Source of the DNA: Clostridiaceae bacterium
GTDB taxonomy: Bacteria; Bacillota; Clostridia; CAYPLH01; DUMO01
Assembly: GCA_012839865.1 (NCBI GenBank)
Contig: DUMO01000043.1
Coordinates: 53,255-73,254 of the forward strand
Reading direction: 5' to 3'
DNA: 20,000 bases
Notes under the pieces: generated by a model
What the model was told of the DNA's origin: nothing
Databases searched by the model: none
What the model saw: the letters and a program-made list of their open reading frames with translations, nothing else
Made by a program: the position numbers and the translations under genes
Shown here: piece after piece, positions 11,476 to 19,874 of the stretch
Position numbering within the stretch: the first letter of the stretch is position 1
Layout: each line of letters begins with the position of its first letter

Positions 11476-11970
11476 TTACAAAAACTCTTTTTCCAGCTTG
11501 GCAATCAGTTTATCCATTACTTCTTTTATCTCCAGGGAACAACTTTTGTATATTTTATACGAACCTCCAAAGGGATCCGATATATCGAAAGAACTTTTAA
11601 CAAGTTTGCTTGCGCCGTTATTCTTAATAAACTCTTTCAATACATGTGTTTTCGAACCGGCAAAAGGATATTTATCAATAATCCGCTCTTTATGTGCTCT
11701 TGTCATGGTCAATATCAGGAATGCATCTTTAATAATATTTGCATTGACGTTTTTTGCACTATGGGAGCTTATATCAATACCCCACGTGTCGAAAAGCACG
11801 TTTTTGGCATTAGAACTGGCGGGTTCACCCTCTGTTGCGGCAATTCCGGCAGATATAGCCTGAAACTTGTCCGAAAGCCCGGGATTTTTTGAAATCAGGA
11901 AGTTGAACAGTCCTTCAGCCATACTGCTCCTGCAGGTGTTTCCCGTGCATACAAACAAAATTTTTTTCAT
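11476..11970 (-). CDS. ywlE: Low-molecular-weight phosphatase, YwlE-like (probable protein-arginine phosphatase)
   Basis: P-loop CTGNTCRS (Thr as in YwlE, rather than Ile as in tyrosine LMW-PTPs) and DISDPFGG. Sits between sua5 and rpiB as in the Bacillus ywl cluster. Confidence 0.85.
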   Translation of the reverse strand: MKKILFVCTGNTCRSSMAEGLFNFLISKNPGLSDKFQAISAGIAATEGEPASSNAKNVLFDTWGIDISSHSAKNVNANIIKDAFLILTMTRAHKERIIDKYPFAGSKTHVLKEFIKNNGASKLVKSSFDISDPFGGSYKIYKSCSLEIKEVMDKLIAKLEKEFL

Positions 11971-12020
11971 GGAACACCATCCTAAAAACGAGGTTTTTCT
12001 ACCAATTCTTACTTATAACT

Positions 12021-12049
12021 ATTTTATACTTACATGATTGGTTAGGCAA
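12021..12049 (-). promoter_or_regulatory. Candidate sigma-A promoter for ywlE
   Basis: Minus strand TTGCCT-17 bp-TAAAAT, about 50 bp upstream of ATG 11970. Confidence 0.45.
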
Positions 12050-12132
12050 TAGCCTGTCCAAACATCCGGATGTTATTTTTTCACTTTCACCGGCTTCATA
12101 TTCCTTACCGGTTTTGAATGTCAAGATAAGCC

Positions 12133-12163
12133 TTCATCCCAATAGCTAAAGTCGTGGACTTTC
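12133..12163. mobile_element. Degenerate IS200/IS605-like terminal hairpin remnant
   Basis: TTCATCCCAATAGCTAAAGTCGTGGACTTTC resembles the TTCATCCC-stem-CTAAAG-stem-GGGCTTTC end motif, but the two arms do not pair. No transposase nearby. Confidence 0.35.
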
Positions 12164-12432
12164 GGTTAAGCTCTTGTAAAGTAATTCTATTTTAACATGG
12201 CATTATTATATTTATTTAAATTTATAGGAACAGCAGGCAAAGGTTCAATAAATGGCAGCCAATTTATGAATCACCTGAACATCAACCCTGAATGCCTTTT
12301 TTTCAGGTCTGATTATAAGACACAGATGATTAACAAAACCGTGAACATAACTTAAAAAAATTCAAAAAATTTATATTTCGGCTTTTTTATCGAAACCTTT
12401 TCAGAGTTGCATCAGCCGTTGCCCGCAAAAAT

Positions 12433-12464
12433 AAAAAATCCCCTCAGGTAATCAGTTTGAGAGG
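12433..12464 (-). terminator. Intrinsic terminator after sua5
   Basis: Minus-strand RNA CCUCUCA...UGAGGGG followed by AUUUUUU. Confidence 0.6.
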
Positions 12465-12542
12465 TTTTTTCAGTTGCTATACAGGTTATAACATTGAAGA
12501 CTCAAAACCATCAGCTTGAGAGGTTTGGATGTTTCAAGTAAA

Positions 12543-13592
12543 TCAAACGTTTACGATTTTCTGTCCTGAGGCCTTTTTCAGCCTGTTCATTACTGCAAAG
12601 CCTATGCCTTTGCTGTCTACAGCCTCCACCAGTATAACATCCACATGCCTTTCATCCATCTCCCTTAAAAGACGGAACAAATTCCTTGCAATGGTTTCAG
12701 GGCAATTCCTGTCACCCATGGATAATATATTCTCCACAACATATTTGCACATAGTCTGGTCAGTTGCAAGTACCCCTGTTTTTATTCCTTTTCCATTGTT
12801 TACTGCCAGGATTTCATTTATCTTACTCACAACCTTATCCAATTCTCCGTTTATTACGTAAACGTCTGCATCAGGCGAATAATGCCTGTACTTCATCCCC
12901 GGAGAACGGGGAATTTCATTCGAAGACAACTTGCCCATCGCCTTATCAATAATAATCCGGCCGGCAACTCTTTCCAAAGCTTCAATCGTTACACCGCCAG
13001 GCCGCAGCAAGACAGGGGGTTGCACAGTAATATCCAGTACGGTGGATTCAAGGCCTACTTCGCTGTCACCGGCATCCAGAATAACATCCACCTTGCCTTT
13101 TAAATCTTCAATAACATGTCTGGCATCAGTGCCGCTGGGTTTTCCGGAAATATTGGCGCTTGGCGCAGCTATAGGCACCCTCGATTCCCTTATCAGCATA
13201 TTGGCTATAGGGTCCCTGGGCATTCTTATGGCAACCGTATCCAACCCTGCAGTGATAACCTTAGGTACAATACCGGACTTTTCAAATATCAGGGTAAGAG
13301 GACCCGGCCAGAATTCAGTCATAAGTTTATGGGCATCAGGAGGAATTTTTTTAACCAGTCTGCTTAATTCATCTTTATGGGATATATGCAATATCAAAGG
13401 ATTGTCCTGAGGTCTTCCCTTTGCTATGAATACTTTCCTTACCGCTTCTTCATTCAGCCCGTTTGCTCCCAGTCCATAAACAGTCTCAGTCGGGAAGACG
13501 ACAATCCCTCCTGAATTTATTACTCCCGCTGCATATTTTATTTTTTCAATATCAATGTTTTTCCTGTCTATTTTTATAATTTCTGTTTCCAA
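12543..13592 (-). CDS. sua5: Threonylcarbamoyl-AMP synthase (Sua5/TsaC2 with C-terminal SUA5 domain)
   Basis: FPTETVYGLGA, KGRPQDNPLILH, FWPGPLT, APSANISGKPS, SPGMKYRHYSP. Confidence 0.97.
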   Translation of the reverse strand: METEIIKIDRKNIDIEKIKYAAGVINSGGIVVFPTETVYGLGANGLNEEAVRKVFIAKGRPQDNPLILHISHKDELSRLVKKIPPDAHKLMTEFWPGPLTLIFEKSGIVPKVITAGLDTVAIRMPRDPIANMLIRESRVPIAAPSANISGKPSGTDARHVIEDLKGKVDVILDAGDSEVGLESTVLDITVQPPVLLRPGGVTIEALERVAGRIIIDKAMGKLSSNEIPRSPGMKYRHYSPDADVYVINGELDKVVSKINEILAVNNGKGIKTGVLATDQTMCKYVVENILSMGDRNCPETIARNLFRLLREMDERHVDVILVEAVDSKGIGFAVMNRLKKASGQKIVNV

Positions 13593-13639
13593 TAAATTGT
13601 TTGCTCCTTACATAAGGCTTTTGCCCTGGTATCTTCAAA

Positions 13640-14704
13640 TTACATTGCAGAAAGTTTCTCGGTTTGCTCTGCCAGGGTCAGGGCTTCTATCAGTTCATCC
13701 AAATCCCCGTCGAGAAACTCTTCCAGCCTGTGAATGCTTAAATTTATTCTATGGTCGGTAATTCTCCCCTGGGGATAGTTGTAAGTCCTGATCCTTTCGC
13801 TTCTTTTGCCGGTGCCCACCTGGCTCTTTCTTTCCGCCGCAAGCTCGGATTCCTTTTTAGCAAGTTCCATGTCATATATTTTCGATCTTAAAATATTCAT
13901 GGCCTTTTCCCTGTTTTTATGCTGAGACCTTTCATCCTGGCATGTAACCACAATCCCCGTGGGCAGGTGGGTAATTCTAATTGCCGATTCGGTTTTGTTG
14001 ACATGCTGGCCTCCGGCACCGCCTGAACGGTAAGTGTCTATCTGAAGGTCTTCCGGGTTGATTTGCACATCAACTTCTTCCACTTCAGGCAAAACAGCCA
14101 CCGTTACGGTGGATGTATGTATTCTTCCACTGGCTTCGGTTGTCGGCACCCGCTGCACTCTATGGACACCGCTTTCATACTTCAGCTTGCTGTACGCTCC
14201 CCGGGCATTGATTGAAAAAACTACTTCCTTAAATCCTCCAAGCTCCGTGGGGTTTGAATCCAAAAGCTCAGTCTTCCAGTGTTTCCTTTCAGCATACCTT
14301 GTATACATTCTGAAAAGCACTGCAGCAAAAAGGGCAGCTTCTTCACCCCCTGCCCCGCCGCGTATTTCGACTATTACACTTCTGTCATCGTTGGGGTCCC
14401 TGGGAATCAGCAGCACCTTCAATTCCTGTTCGATTTTGGTGAGTATCTCATGGGCTTCGCTTATCTCGGCTTTAGCAAGTTCCTTCAGTTCTTCGTCAGA
14501 CTCGTCATCAAGCAATTCCTTCGCAGATTTCAAATCTTCCTGTACCTTCTTATATTCCCTGTATTTAGCAACAATCTGCTCCAACTCCGAGTGTTCCTTC
14601 ATCAGCTTCCTGTATTCTTCCTGATTGGCTATCACCTGAGGGTCACTCAATTTATTGTTTATTTCTTCATACCTGTCATCTATGGCTTTAATCTTCTCCA
14701 GCAT
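13640..14704 (-). CDS. prfA: Peptide chain release factor 1
   Basis: GGQ motif ([14 protein letters not shown]) and RF1-type PxT (VQRVPTTE). ATG 14704 with GAGGTG RBS. Confidence 0.99.
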   Translation of the reverse strand: MLEKIKAIDDRYEEINNKLSDPQVIANQEEYRKLMKEHSELEQIVAKYREYKKVQEDLKSAKELLDDESDEELKELAKAEISEAHEILTKIEQELKVLLIPRDPNDDRSVIVEIRGGAGGEEAALFAAVLFRMYTRYAERKHWKTELLDSNPTELGGFKEVVFSINARGAYSKLKYESGVHRVQRVPTTEASGRIHTSTVTVAVLPEVEEVDVQINPEDLQIDTYRSGGAGGQHVNKTESAIRITHLPTGIVVTCQDERSQHKNREKAMNILRSKIYDMELAKKESELAAERKSQVGTGKRSERIRTYNYPQGRITDHRINLSIHRLEEFLDGDLDELIEALTLAEQTEKLSAM

Positions 14705-14733
14705 ATTACACCTCAAAAAAATATTCGCATTTT

Positions 14734-14742
14734 ATTATAACA
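14734..14742 (-). promoter_or_regulatory. Extended -10 promoter for prfA
   Basis: Minus strand TGtTATAAT about 30 bp upstream of the prfA start; no convincing -35 at 17 bp. Confidence 0.5.
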
Positions 14743-14850
14743 CACACTTTATTTTTAATCCATCAATGAATAATAGTCCATTTGGAATGAACTGTCTTTG
14801 CTGCGCAAAACGCAAGAAACCACTTTTATAAAGACGCTTTAAGATAATCC

Positions 14851-15327
14851 TTGGGGGATTTTACCGTTTACCAGGACAAGAACAAACAAAAGATCGTGAA
14901 ATTCAGGACAAAAAAAGAACATGAACTCCTGGCCTCTTTGCTGGATACAGGTGATCAGGGAGCTACAAAAGAACAAATACACAACGCTATTTGGTATGAG
15001 TCTGAATCCAGTAATATTAAAAACCTGATTGCAGTAAATATCAGGCATATAAAAAGCGACCTGGAATGCGCCGGTATAAAGGAAGCAATCATATACCGGG
15101 AAAACCGCTATTTTATCTGCCGGGATGAAATTGACTGTGATTGTGATCTTTTTGAAAAGACATATGAAGAATTTAAGCTTCATAATACTATAGAAAATGC
15201 AAAAAAGCTTATATCCATGTATAAAGGAGAATACCTGTCAGATTTTGAAGCCCTTTGGGCTGCCGGCAAAAGAATCAGATACCGGTGGGCTTATGAATCA
15301 GCTTTAAACTTCATAAAAAATACATAA
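14851..15327 (+). pseudogene. 5'-truncated SARP-type regulator (winged-helix + partial BTAD), lacking the N-terminal receiver/sensor part
   Basis: Begins at LGDFTVY; contains KFRTKKEHELLASLL, IWYESESSNIKNLIAVNIRHIKSDL, DCDLFE and YKGEYLSDFEALWA. In-frame TAA at 14845-14847 and no RBS before the TTG. Confidence 0.55.
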
Positions 15328-15678
15328 CCTGTCAGCATCAATGCCAATTCCGCAGGTGAGGCTGGTATTTACCCAGGTTATTATTAATTAACTGTCTAAT
15401 GATACAGGCACAAACAGTCCTGCGTTCAATGCTGCAAAACACGGAAGAATAAGCAGCTGGTAAAGTAATTAATGATTAGTGCTTTTGCATGATTGATTAG
15501 TGTAATTTTATTATAGATTGATTGGATGCCTGCAGGTGTTTAATCTATTTTGAATTTGTTAATTGTATTTGGGAGATGACGTCAATTCCACCTGTGCCTT
15601 TGTTCTTTCTTACCTGCTTGTATGCTCTGTTCAGATTTCCCCGGCTTTCACCCGTTAGATTGCGCCCATGCCGGACAC

Positions 15679-15720
15679 AAAAAATGATATGCAAGCCCGT
15701 CGCCGGAGCCTACATATCAT
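15679..15720 (-). terminator. Intrinsic terminator after the DUF4097 gene
   Basis: Minus-strand RNA AUGAUAUGUAGGCUCCG-GCGA-CGGGCUUGCAUAUCAU-UUUUUG: long stem, GNRA tetraloop, U-tract. Confidence 0.8.
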
Positions 15721-15753
15721 CATCTTAAATTAACAAGTTGGTTAATCGGCTTA

Positions 15754-16956
15754 TTACTTTACAATATCAATAAAACCATTGGTGGTTTCCGCTTCAATGG
15801 TTATTTTATTGGTGAAATCCTGAAATCCGGTGCTTATTGCCTCCACATAGCTCAATCCCGTTTCCTTTTTACTTATATTATTATATATCATTTCCGGAAT
15901 GAGCAGGTTGATTCCGCCGTTGGTTGTTTTTGCACTGACCTTGTAACCCTTGTTGTCTGAATCGTTCATATTGACTTTAATGCCACCGTTGGTGGTTGTC
16001 AGCTGAAGAAATATGTCGGTTTCATTTTCGTAATTCTGGACATTCTCAACATTAATCCTTCCGTTCTTTGTCACCGCTTTAATTCCGGCAACTTTCAGAT
16101 GCTTGATGTCAATAACGGCATTTTTCGTAATTATGTCCACATTGCGGCCTATCATGTAACTTATGTTGATTCTGGCATTGGTGGTCTGAACATTAACTTT
16201 TTCCGCATTTACCCCCATCAAATCAATGTTGCCGTTCTTTGTAATCCCCTCAAGGCTGCTGCACTTGGCATCCTCAACAAGTATTTTCCCGTTGGTGGTT
16301 TCAACTTTGATTTCATTAAATTTTAAAGCAGGCAGTAATACCTCATGGGCTACGCTGAGGTTGCCCTGTTTGTTGAGCTTGAGCAAAACAGTATTGTCCT
16401 GCCTGTCATATACAAGTATTGAGGAAACATCTTCCTGGGGACTGCGAATCTTTGATTTTATGACTATATCATTTCCCTCGTGCTTTTTCAAGGTGATCTG
16501 GCCGTTCACGCCTTCGATGAAAACATTCATTCCCTCGGCGGCATCTACTTTGTATTCTTTATCAACAGCATTGTAACTTCCGAAAATGTTGAAGGCATTG
16601 GTATCAATAAGGCTTCCCACATAATCTATAACCTTGTCTACAATGCCAATGGTGGTTGAAGCTACGCTTTTGCCAAATTTCTCCGCTTTCGATACAAATT
16701 CTTCTATAGTATGGTCGAAGTCCTTCTGGCTGTTGCTATTCTTGAATTCCTTCCCCCATTCGCTTATCCTCTGACGCATTTTAGCAATTTCATCCTGAAA
16801 GTTAACCTGTTTCTGTTGTCTTTTATATGCAGTATTATCTGTTTCATTTTCCTTGCTGCCATCCAGGGCATCAAGAAGCTTTTCGGCTTCCTCCGCCGTT
16901 ATTTTCCCCTCTTGCAGCATCTTAAGTATAAGTAATCTTTCTTCACTAGAGGACAT
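15754..16956 (-). CDS. DUF4097 beta-repeat protein with N-terminal SHOCT-like helix pair (YvlB/LiaX-like)
   Basis: N-terminal ERLLILKMLQEGKITAEEAEKLLDAL and repeated T(T/K)NGxI units (TTNGKI, TKNGNI, TKNGRI, TTNGGI x2, TTNGFI). No obvious TM or signal peptide. Confidence 0.85.
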   Translation of the reverse strand: MSSSEERLLILKMLQEGKITAEEAEKLLDALDGSKENETDNTAYKRQQKQVNFQDEIAKMRQRISEWGKEFKNSNSQKDFDHTIEEFVSKAEKFGKSVASTTIGIVDKVIDYVGSLIDTNAFNIFGSYNAVDKEYKVDAAEGMNVFIEGVNGQITLKKHEGNDIVIKSKIRSPQEDVSSILVYDRQDNTVLLKLNKQGNLSVAHEVLLPALKFNEIKVETTNGKILVEDAKCSSLEGITKNGNIDLMGVNAEKVNVQTTNARINISYMIGRNVDIITKNAVIDIKHLKVAGIKAVTKNGRINVENVQNYENETDIFLQLTTTNGGIKVNMNDSDNKGYKVSAKTTNGGINLLIPEMIYNNISKKETGLSYVEAISTGFQDFTNKITIEAETTNGFIDIVK

Positions 16957-17135
16957 GGTACTCTTCTCCTTTCAAAAATAATTTCGGTACTCAACTTTTA
17001 TAACATGGCTGAATTACCATTTGCGATTGTTCAATATCCCATAGATGCCTGTGTGTTTCAGTTTTCAAAACCGGGGATAAAGGTTGTTGAGAAAAACAGT
17101 AGATGTAATAAACCTTCTTTGTTAATTATTTTAAA

Positions 17136-17507
17136 CTATTCTTTTAACATCTCCAGTGCTTCTTCCACACTTATTTCACCGCTGTTCAATCTGTCGAGCA
17201 CGCTTTTCCGCTTCTCAGCCTTGTCTGCCTGGCTTAAGTCTTCCTTATAGCCTAATGCCGCTGCCGCATCCTCCAGTTTATTTTTCACAGTGGGATAGGA
17301 AACTCCCAGTTCCTTTTCAACTTCCTTAATATTGCCTCTGCATTTTATAAACACATCTATGAAAGCTTTTTGCTCGTCAGTCAATGCACAAAACTTGCAC
17401 AGTTTGAAATGTCCTTCCATGCTGGTTTCACACAAGGGACAGTATATTTTGACAACTTCAGTTTTTCCTCCGCAAACAGGACACTTGCCCAATACTTCAA
17501 CTGCCAC
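17136..17507 (-). CDS. DUF2089 family protein (zinc ribbon + HTH + C-terminal SHOCT-like)
   Basis: CPVCG...CPLC, then GNIKEVEKELGVSYPTVKNKL. GTG 17507 with AGAGGTGA RBS. Confidence 0.88.
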   Translation of the reverse strand: MAVEVLGKCPVCGGKTEVVKIYCPLCETSMEGHFKLCKFCALTDEQKAFIDVFIKCRGNIKEVEKELGVSYPTVKNKLEDAAAALGYKEDLSQADKAEKRKSVLDRLNSGEISVEEALEMLKE

Positions 17508-17556
17508 AAAAATCACCTCTTTATAAAATTTATATCAGGCTTTAACTTTTATTAAT

Positions 17557-17619
17557 ATTATAAACCAGATTATTAATTTTATCAATCACAATATTAATAT
17601 TTTTTTATTATTTTGTCAA
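17557..17619 (-). promoter_or_regulatory. Tandem sigma-A-type promoters for the DUF2089-DUF4097 pair
   Basis: TTGATA-17-TATAAT (17585..17557) and TTGACA-17-TAATAT (17619..17591). Confidence 0.6.
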
Positions 17620-17654
17620 CAGAAATTAAAAAATAATTAAATACTAAATGACAG

Positions 17655-17701
17655 TTGAAAAGAAAGGTTAATTTTGATAAAATAGTTGCATGCCGCAACT
17701 A
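17655..17701 (+). promoter_or_regulatory. Promoter of MATE-marR operon with overlapping palindromic operator
   Basis: TTGAAA (17655-17660)-17 bp-TAAAAT (17678-17683) with extended TG, followed directly by TAGTTGC-ATGCC-GCAACTA (17683-17701). Confidence 0.75.
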
Positions 17702-17715
17702 ACCAATAGGAGCCA

Positions 17716-17870
17716 GGGGAAACCAAAGGGGTGGTTCTTTTGTTTCCACCAACCATCCTGTCCCTGGGGAACCAGGGGAACGGTTCCTGCTGTTCTTCCG
17801 GTTGCCGGGAAAAAACGATGAACCACAAGGAGGAACCACGGAAACAACTCCTCCAGTTTTCCCCTGTTCA
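17716..17870. repeat. Cluster of degenerate REP-like GGAAC..GGGG..GGTTC..GTTYCC units
   Basis: Copies at 17718-17747 and 17767-17799, plus inverted partial copies (GAACCAC near 17820 and 17833; TTCCCCTGTTC 17859-17869). Confidence 0.45.
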
Positions 17871-17941
17871 CCTGGAATGCAGCCTGGCTAAATGGCAAAC
17901 GTGCATTATCTTTATAAGACGTTTAAAGGAGGACATATAAC

Positions 17942-19387
17942 TTGACTGAAGCACAATCAATAAAGCGCGAATCGCGCCGAAACATGATGCTCAACGAACC
18001 TGTTGCAAAAGTAATACCGATTATAGCTATTCCAATGATTGTAACAATGCTTATTGACTCTATTTACAATATTACCGACACCTACTTTGTAAGCCGGCTG
18101 GGTACAACAGCAACTGCCGCGGTTGGAGTAAACTCATCCCTCATGCATGTGATCCGTTCCATTGCCATAGGTTTTGGAATGGGAGCAGCAAGCTATTTGT
18201 CACGTTTGCTGGGAGCCAAACGTGACAAGGAAGCCAGTCAGGTGGCTACAACCACCCTTTTTACAGGAGTTATGTTTCTGGGCGCTATTGCTTTAATATT
18301 CTACTTGTTTCTAACGCCAATAGTCAGAATATTAGGTGCAACGGAAACTGTCATGCCCTATTCCATGGACTATGCCAGATGGATACTTGCCTCCGCTCCT
18401 TTTACAGCAGGGACAGTAATCCTGAATCAATTGCTGCGTTCCGAAGGCAGCACCAGGTATTCCATGATAGGCATGGTGTCCGGGTGTTTTGTAAATGTTG
18501 TGCTTGATCCGCTGTTTATCTACACCTTCTCCATGGGAGTTGCCGGAGCAGCTATTGCTACAGGGCTTTCTAAAATGACAAGCTTTATAATATTATTACT
18601 GCCATTCCTCAGGCACAGTTCCCTTCTTGAACTGAAGCCAAAGCTTTTTACTCCAAAAAAAGAAATATACCTTGAAATTGCAAGGATTGGAATTCCTACG
18701 TTTTTACGCAGCAGCATGCTGGCTGTTTCATCCATTGTAATAAATAATGTTGCAGGTACCTTCAGTGATTCTGCCCTGGCTGCCTCATCTGTTGCAAACA
18801 AGGCCACCAAACTTGTAAGTTCCGGAATAATGGGTCTTGGTCAGGGATTCCAGCCCGTAGCAGGCTATAACTGGGGTGCAAAAAAATATGGCAGAGTGCG
18901 AAAGGCTTTTTGGGTTTGCAGTGCAATGGGAGCTACAGCAGGTTTGCTATTAGGTGCGATATTAGGGATCTTCGCCAACAGGCTGGTAGGAGTTTTTGAT
19001 TCCACAAGTGATACGGAGATTGTGAGGATTGGTTCATATATGATAATAACTCAATGCATTACCATGGTATTGCATGTATGGGTTGCAATTTCAAATGGTC
19101 TTTTCCAGGCTCTTGGGCGCTCAATAGGCGCAGCTGTGCTTGGCCTTGCAAGGCAGGTGATTTGCCTTATACCATGCGTTTTGGTATTATCAAAGATTTT
19201 TGGAGTTTACGGACTGGCTTCGGCGCAAGCGGTTGCGGATGTTATGTCTTTTATGATAGCACTGCCCATGGTAATAATCCTTTTCAAAAAGGTTACGAAA
19301 ATGGAACTGGAGCAAAATGCCCTGGAAGAAAAGCGAGTCAACACTGATGGAACTATGGAAATAAAAGGAGGAGCGCTTATCTCTTGA
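17942..19387 (+). CDS. MATE family efflux transporter (MepA-like)
   Basis: About 12 TM segments; SIYNITDTYFVSRLGTTATAAVG, LRSEG, NVVLDPLFI, GLGQGFQPVAGYNWGAK. TTG start with AGGAGG RBS. Confidence 0.95.
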   Translation: MTEAQSIKRESRRNMMLNEPVAKVIPIIAIPMIVTMLIDSIYNITDTYFVSRLGTTATAAVGVNSSLMHVIRSIAIGFGMGAASYLSRLLGAKRDKEASQVATTTLFTGVMFLGAIALIFYLFLTPIVRILGATETVMPYSMDYARWILASAPFTAGTVILNQLLRSEGSTRYSMIGMVSGCFVNVVLDPLFIYTFSMGVAGAAIATGLSKMTSFIILLLPFLRHSSLLELKPKLFTPKKEIYLEIARIGIPTFLRSSMLAVSSIVINNVAGTFSDSALAASSVANKATKLVSSGIMGLGQGFQPVAGYNWGAKKYGRVRKAFWVCSAMGATAGLLLGAILGIFANRLVGVFDSTSDTEIVRIGSYMIITQCITMVLHVWVAISNGLFQALGRSIGAAVLGLARQVICLIPCVLVLSKIFGVYGLASAQAVADVMSFMIALPMVIILFKKVTKMELEQNALEEKRVNTDGTMEIKGGALIS

Positions 19388-19842
19388 ATACTGAAAAACA
19401 AGAATTTGCCCGTAATATAATAAAACACATAAGCCGACTTGAACGGCAGCGACGGTATTTTCTGGATAAGCATCTTGGTGCTTACAAATTGCACGGGTCA
19501 ATGTTTTTGATAATCTCATTTTTGGACAGGAACCCGGGTGCCAGTCAGGACCGCCTTTGTGAGTACCTGTTGATTGACAAGAGTGGTATTGCCCGAAAAT
19601 GCAAGAAGCTGCAAGGATTAGGCTATATAAGGCGGGAACAATCCCGGGATGACAGGCGTCAAAACAACCTTTTTCTTACAGAGAAAGGAAAGGAGCTAAT
19701 CCCGGTAATTCGCTCGTTGCTGGCAGAATGGCGCGGGATAGTAACAAAGAACATGGATGAAAATGAGCAAAAAATGCTTATAGAATTGCTCTCCCTAATG
19801 GAAAAAAACGCCCTTGAATATAATCAGGGCGAGATTTTGTAG
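19384..19842 (+). CDS. MarR family transcriptional regulator
   Basis: SQDRLCEYLLIDKSGIARKCKKLQGLGYIRREQSRDDRRQNNLFLTEKG (wHTH with DRR wing). Overlaps the MATE stop by 4 bp. Confidence 0.95.
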   Translation: MNTEKQEFARNIIKHISRLERQRRYFLDKHLGAYKLHGSMFLIISFLDRNPGASQDRLCEYLLIDKSGIARKCKKLQGLGYIRREQSRDDRRQNNLFLTEKGKELIPVIRSLLAEWRGIVTKNMDENEQKMLIELLSLMEKNALEYNQGEIL

Positions 19843-19874
19843 AATATTTGAAATATTACACCTTATGGTTTTGA

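Noticed and set aside
11461..11480. Hairpin TGTAAACCG-TC-CGGTTTACA over the ywlE stop
   Set aside because: No U-tract on either strand; it may stabilise the 3' end, but there is too little evidence to call it.
12501..12511. CTCAAAACCAT matches the first 10 nt of the putative TnpB guide
   Set aside because: The match ends after 10 nt of guide; plausible by chance in an AT-rich 20-kb window.
15400..15460. GGCACAAAC...GCAAAACACGG vaguely like a c-di-GMP-I riboswitch
   Set aside because: It lacks the P2 GAAA-tetraloop stem and correct spacing, and no plus-strand gene follows.
17637..17940. Short ORFs (63-76 aa) in the DUF2089/MATE intergenic region
   Set aside because: They overlap the promoter, operator and repeats, have low-complexity translations and lack convincing RBSs.
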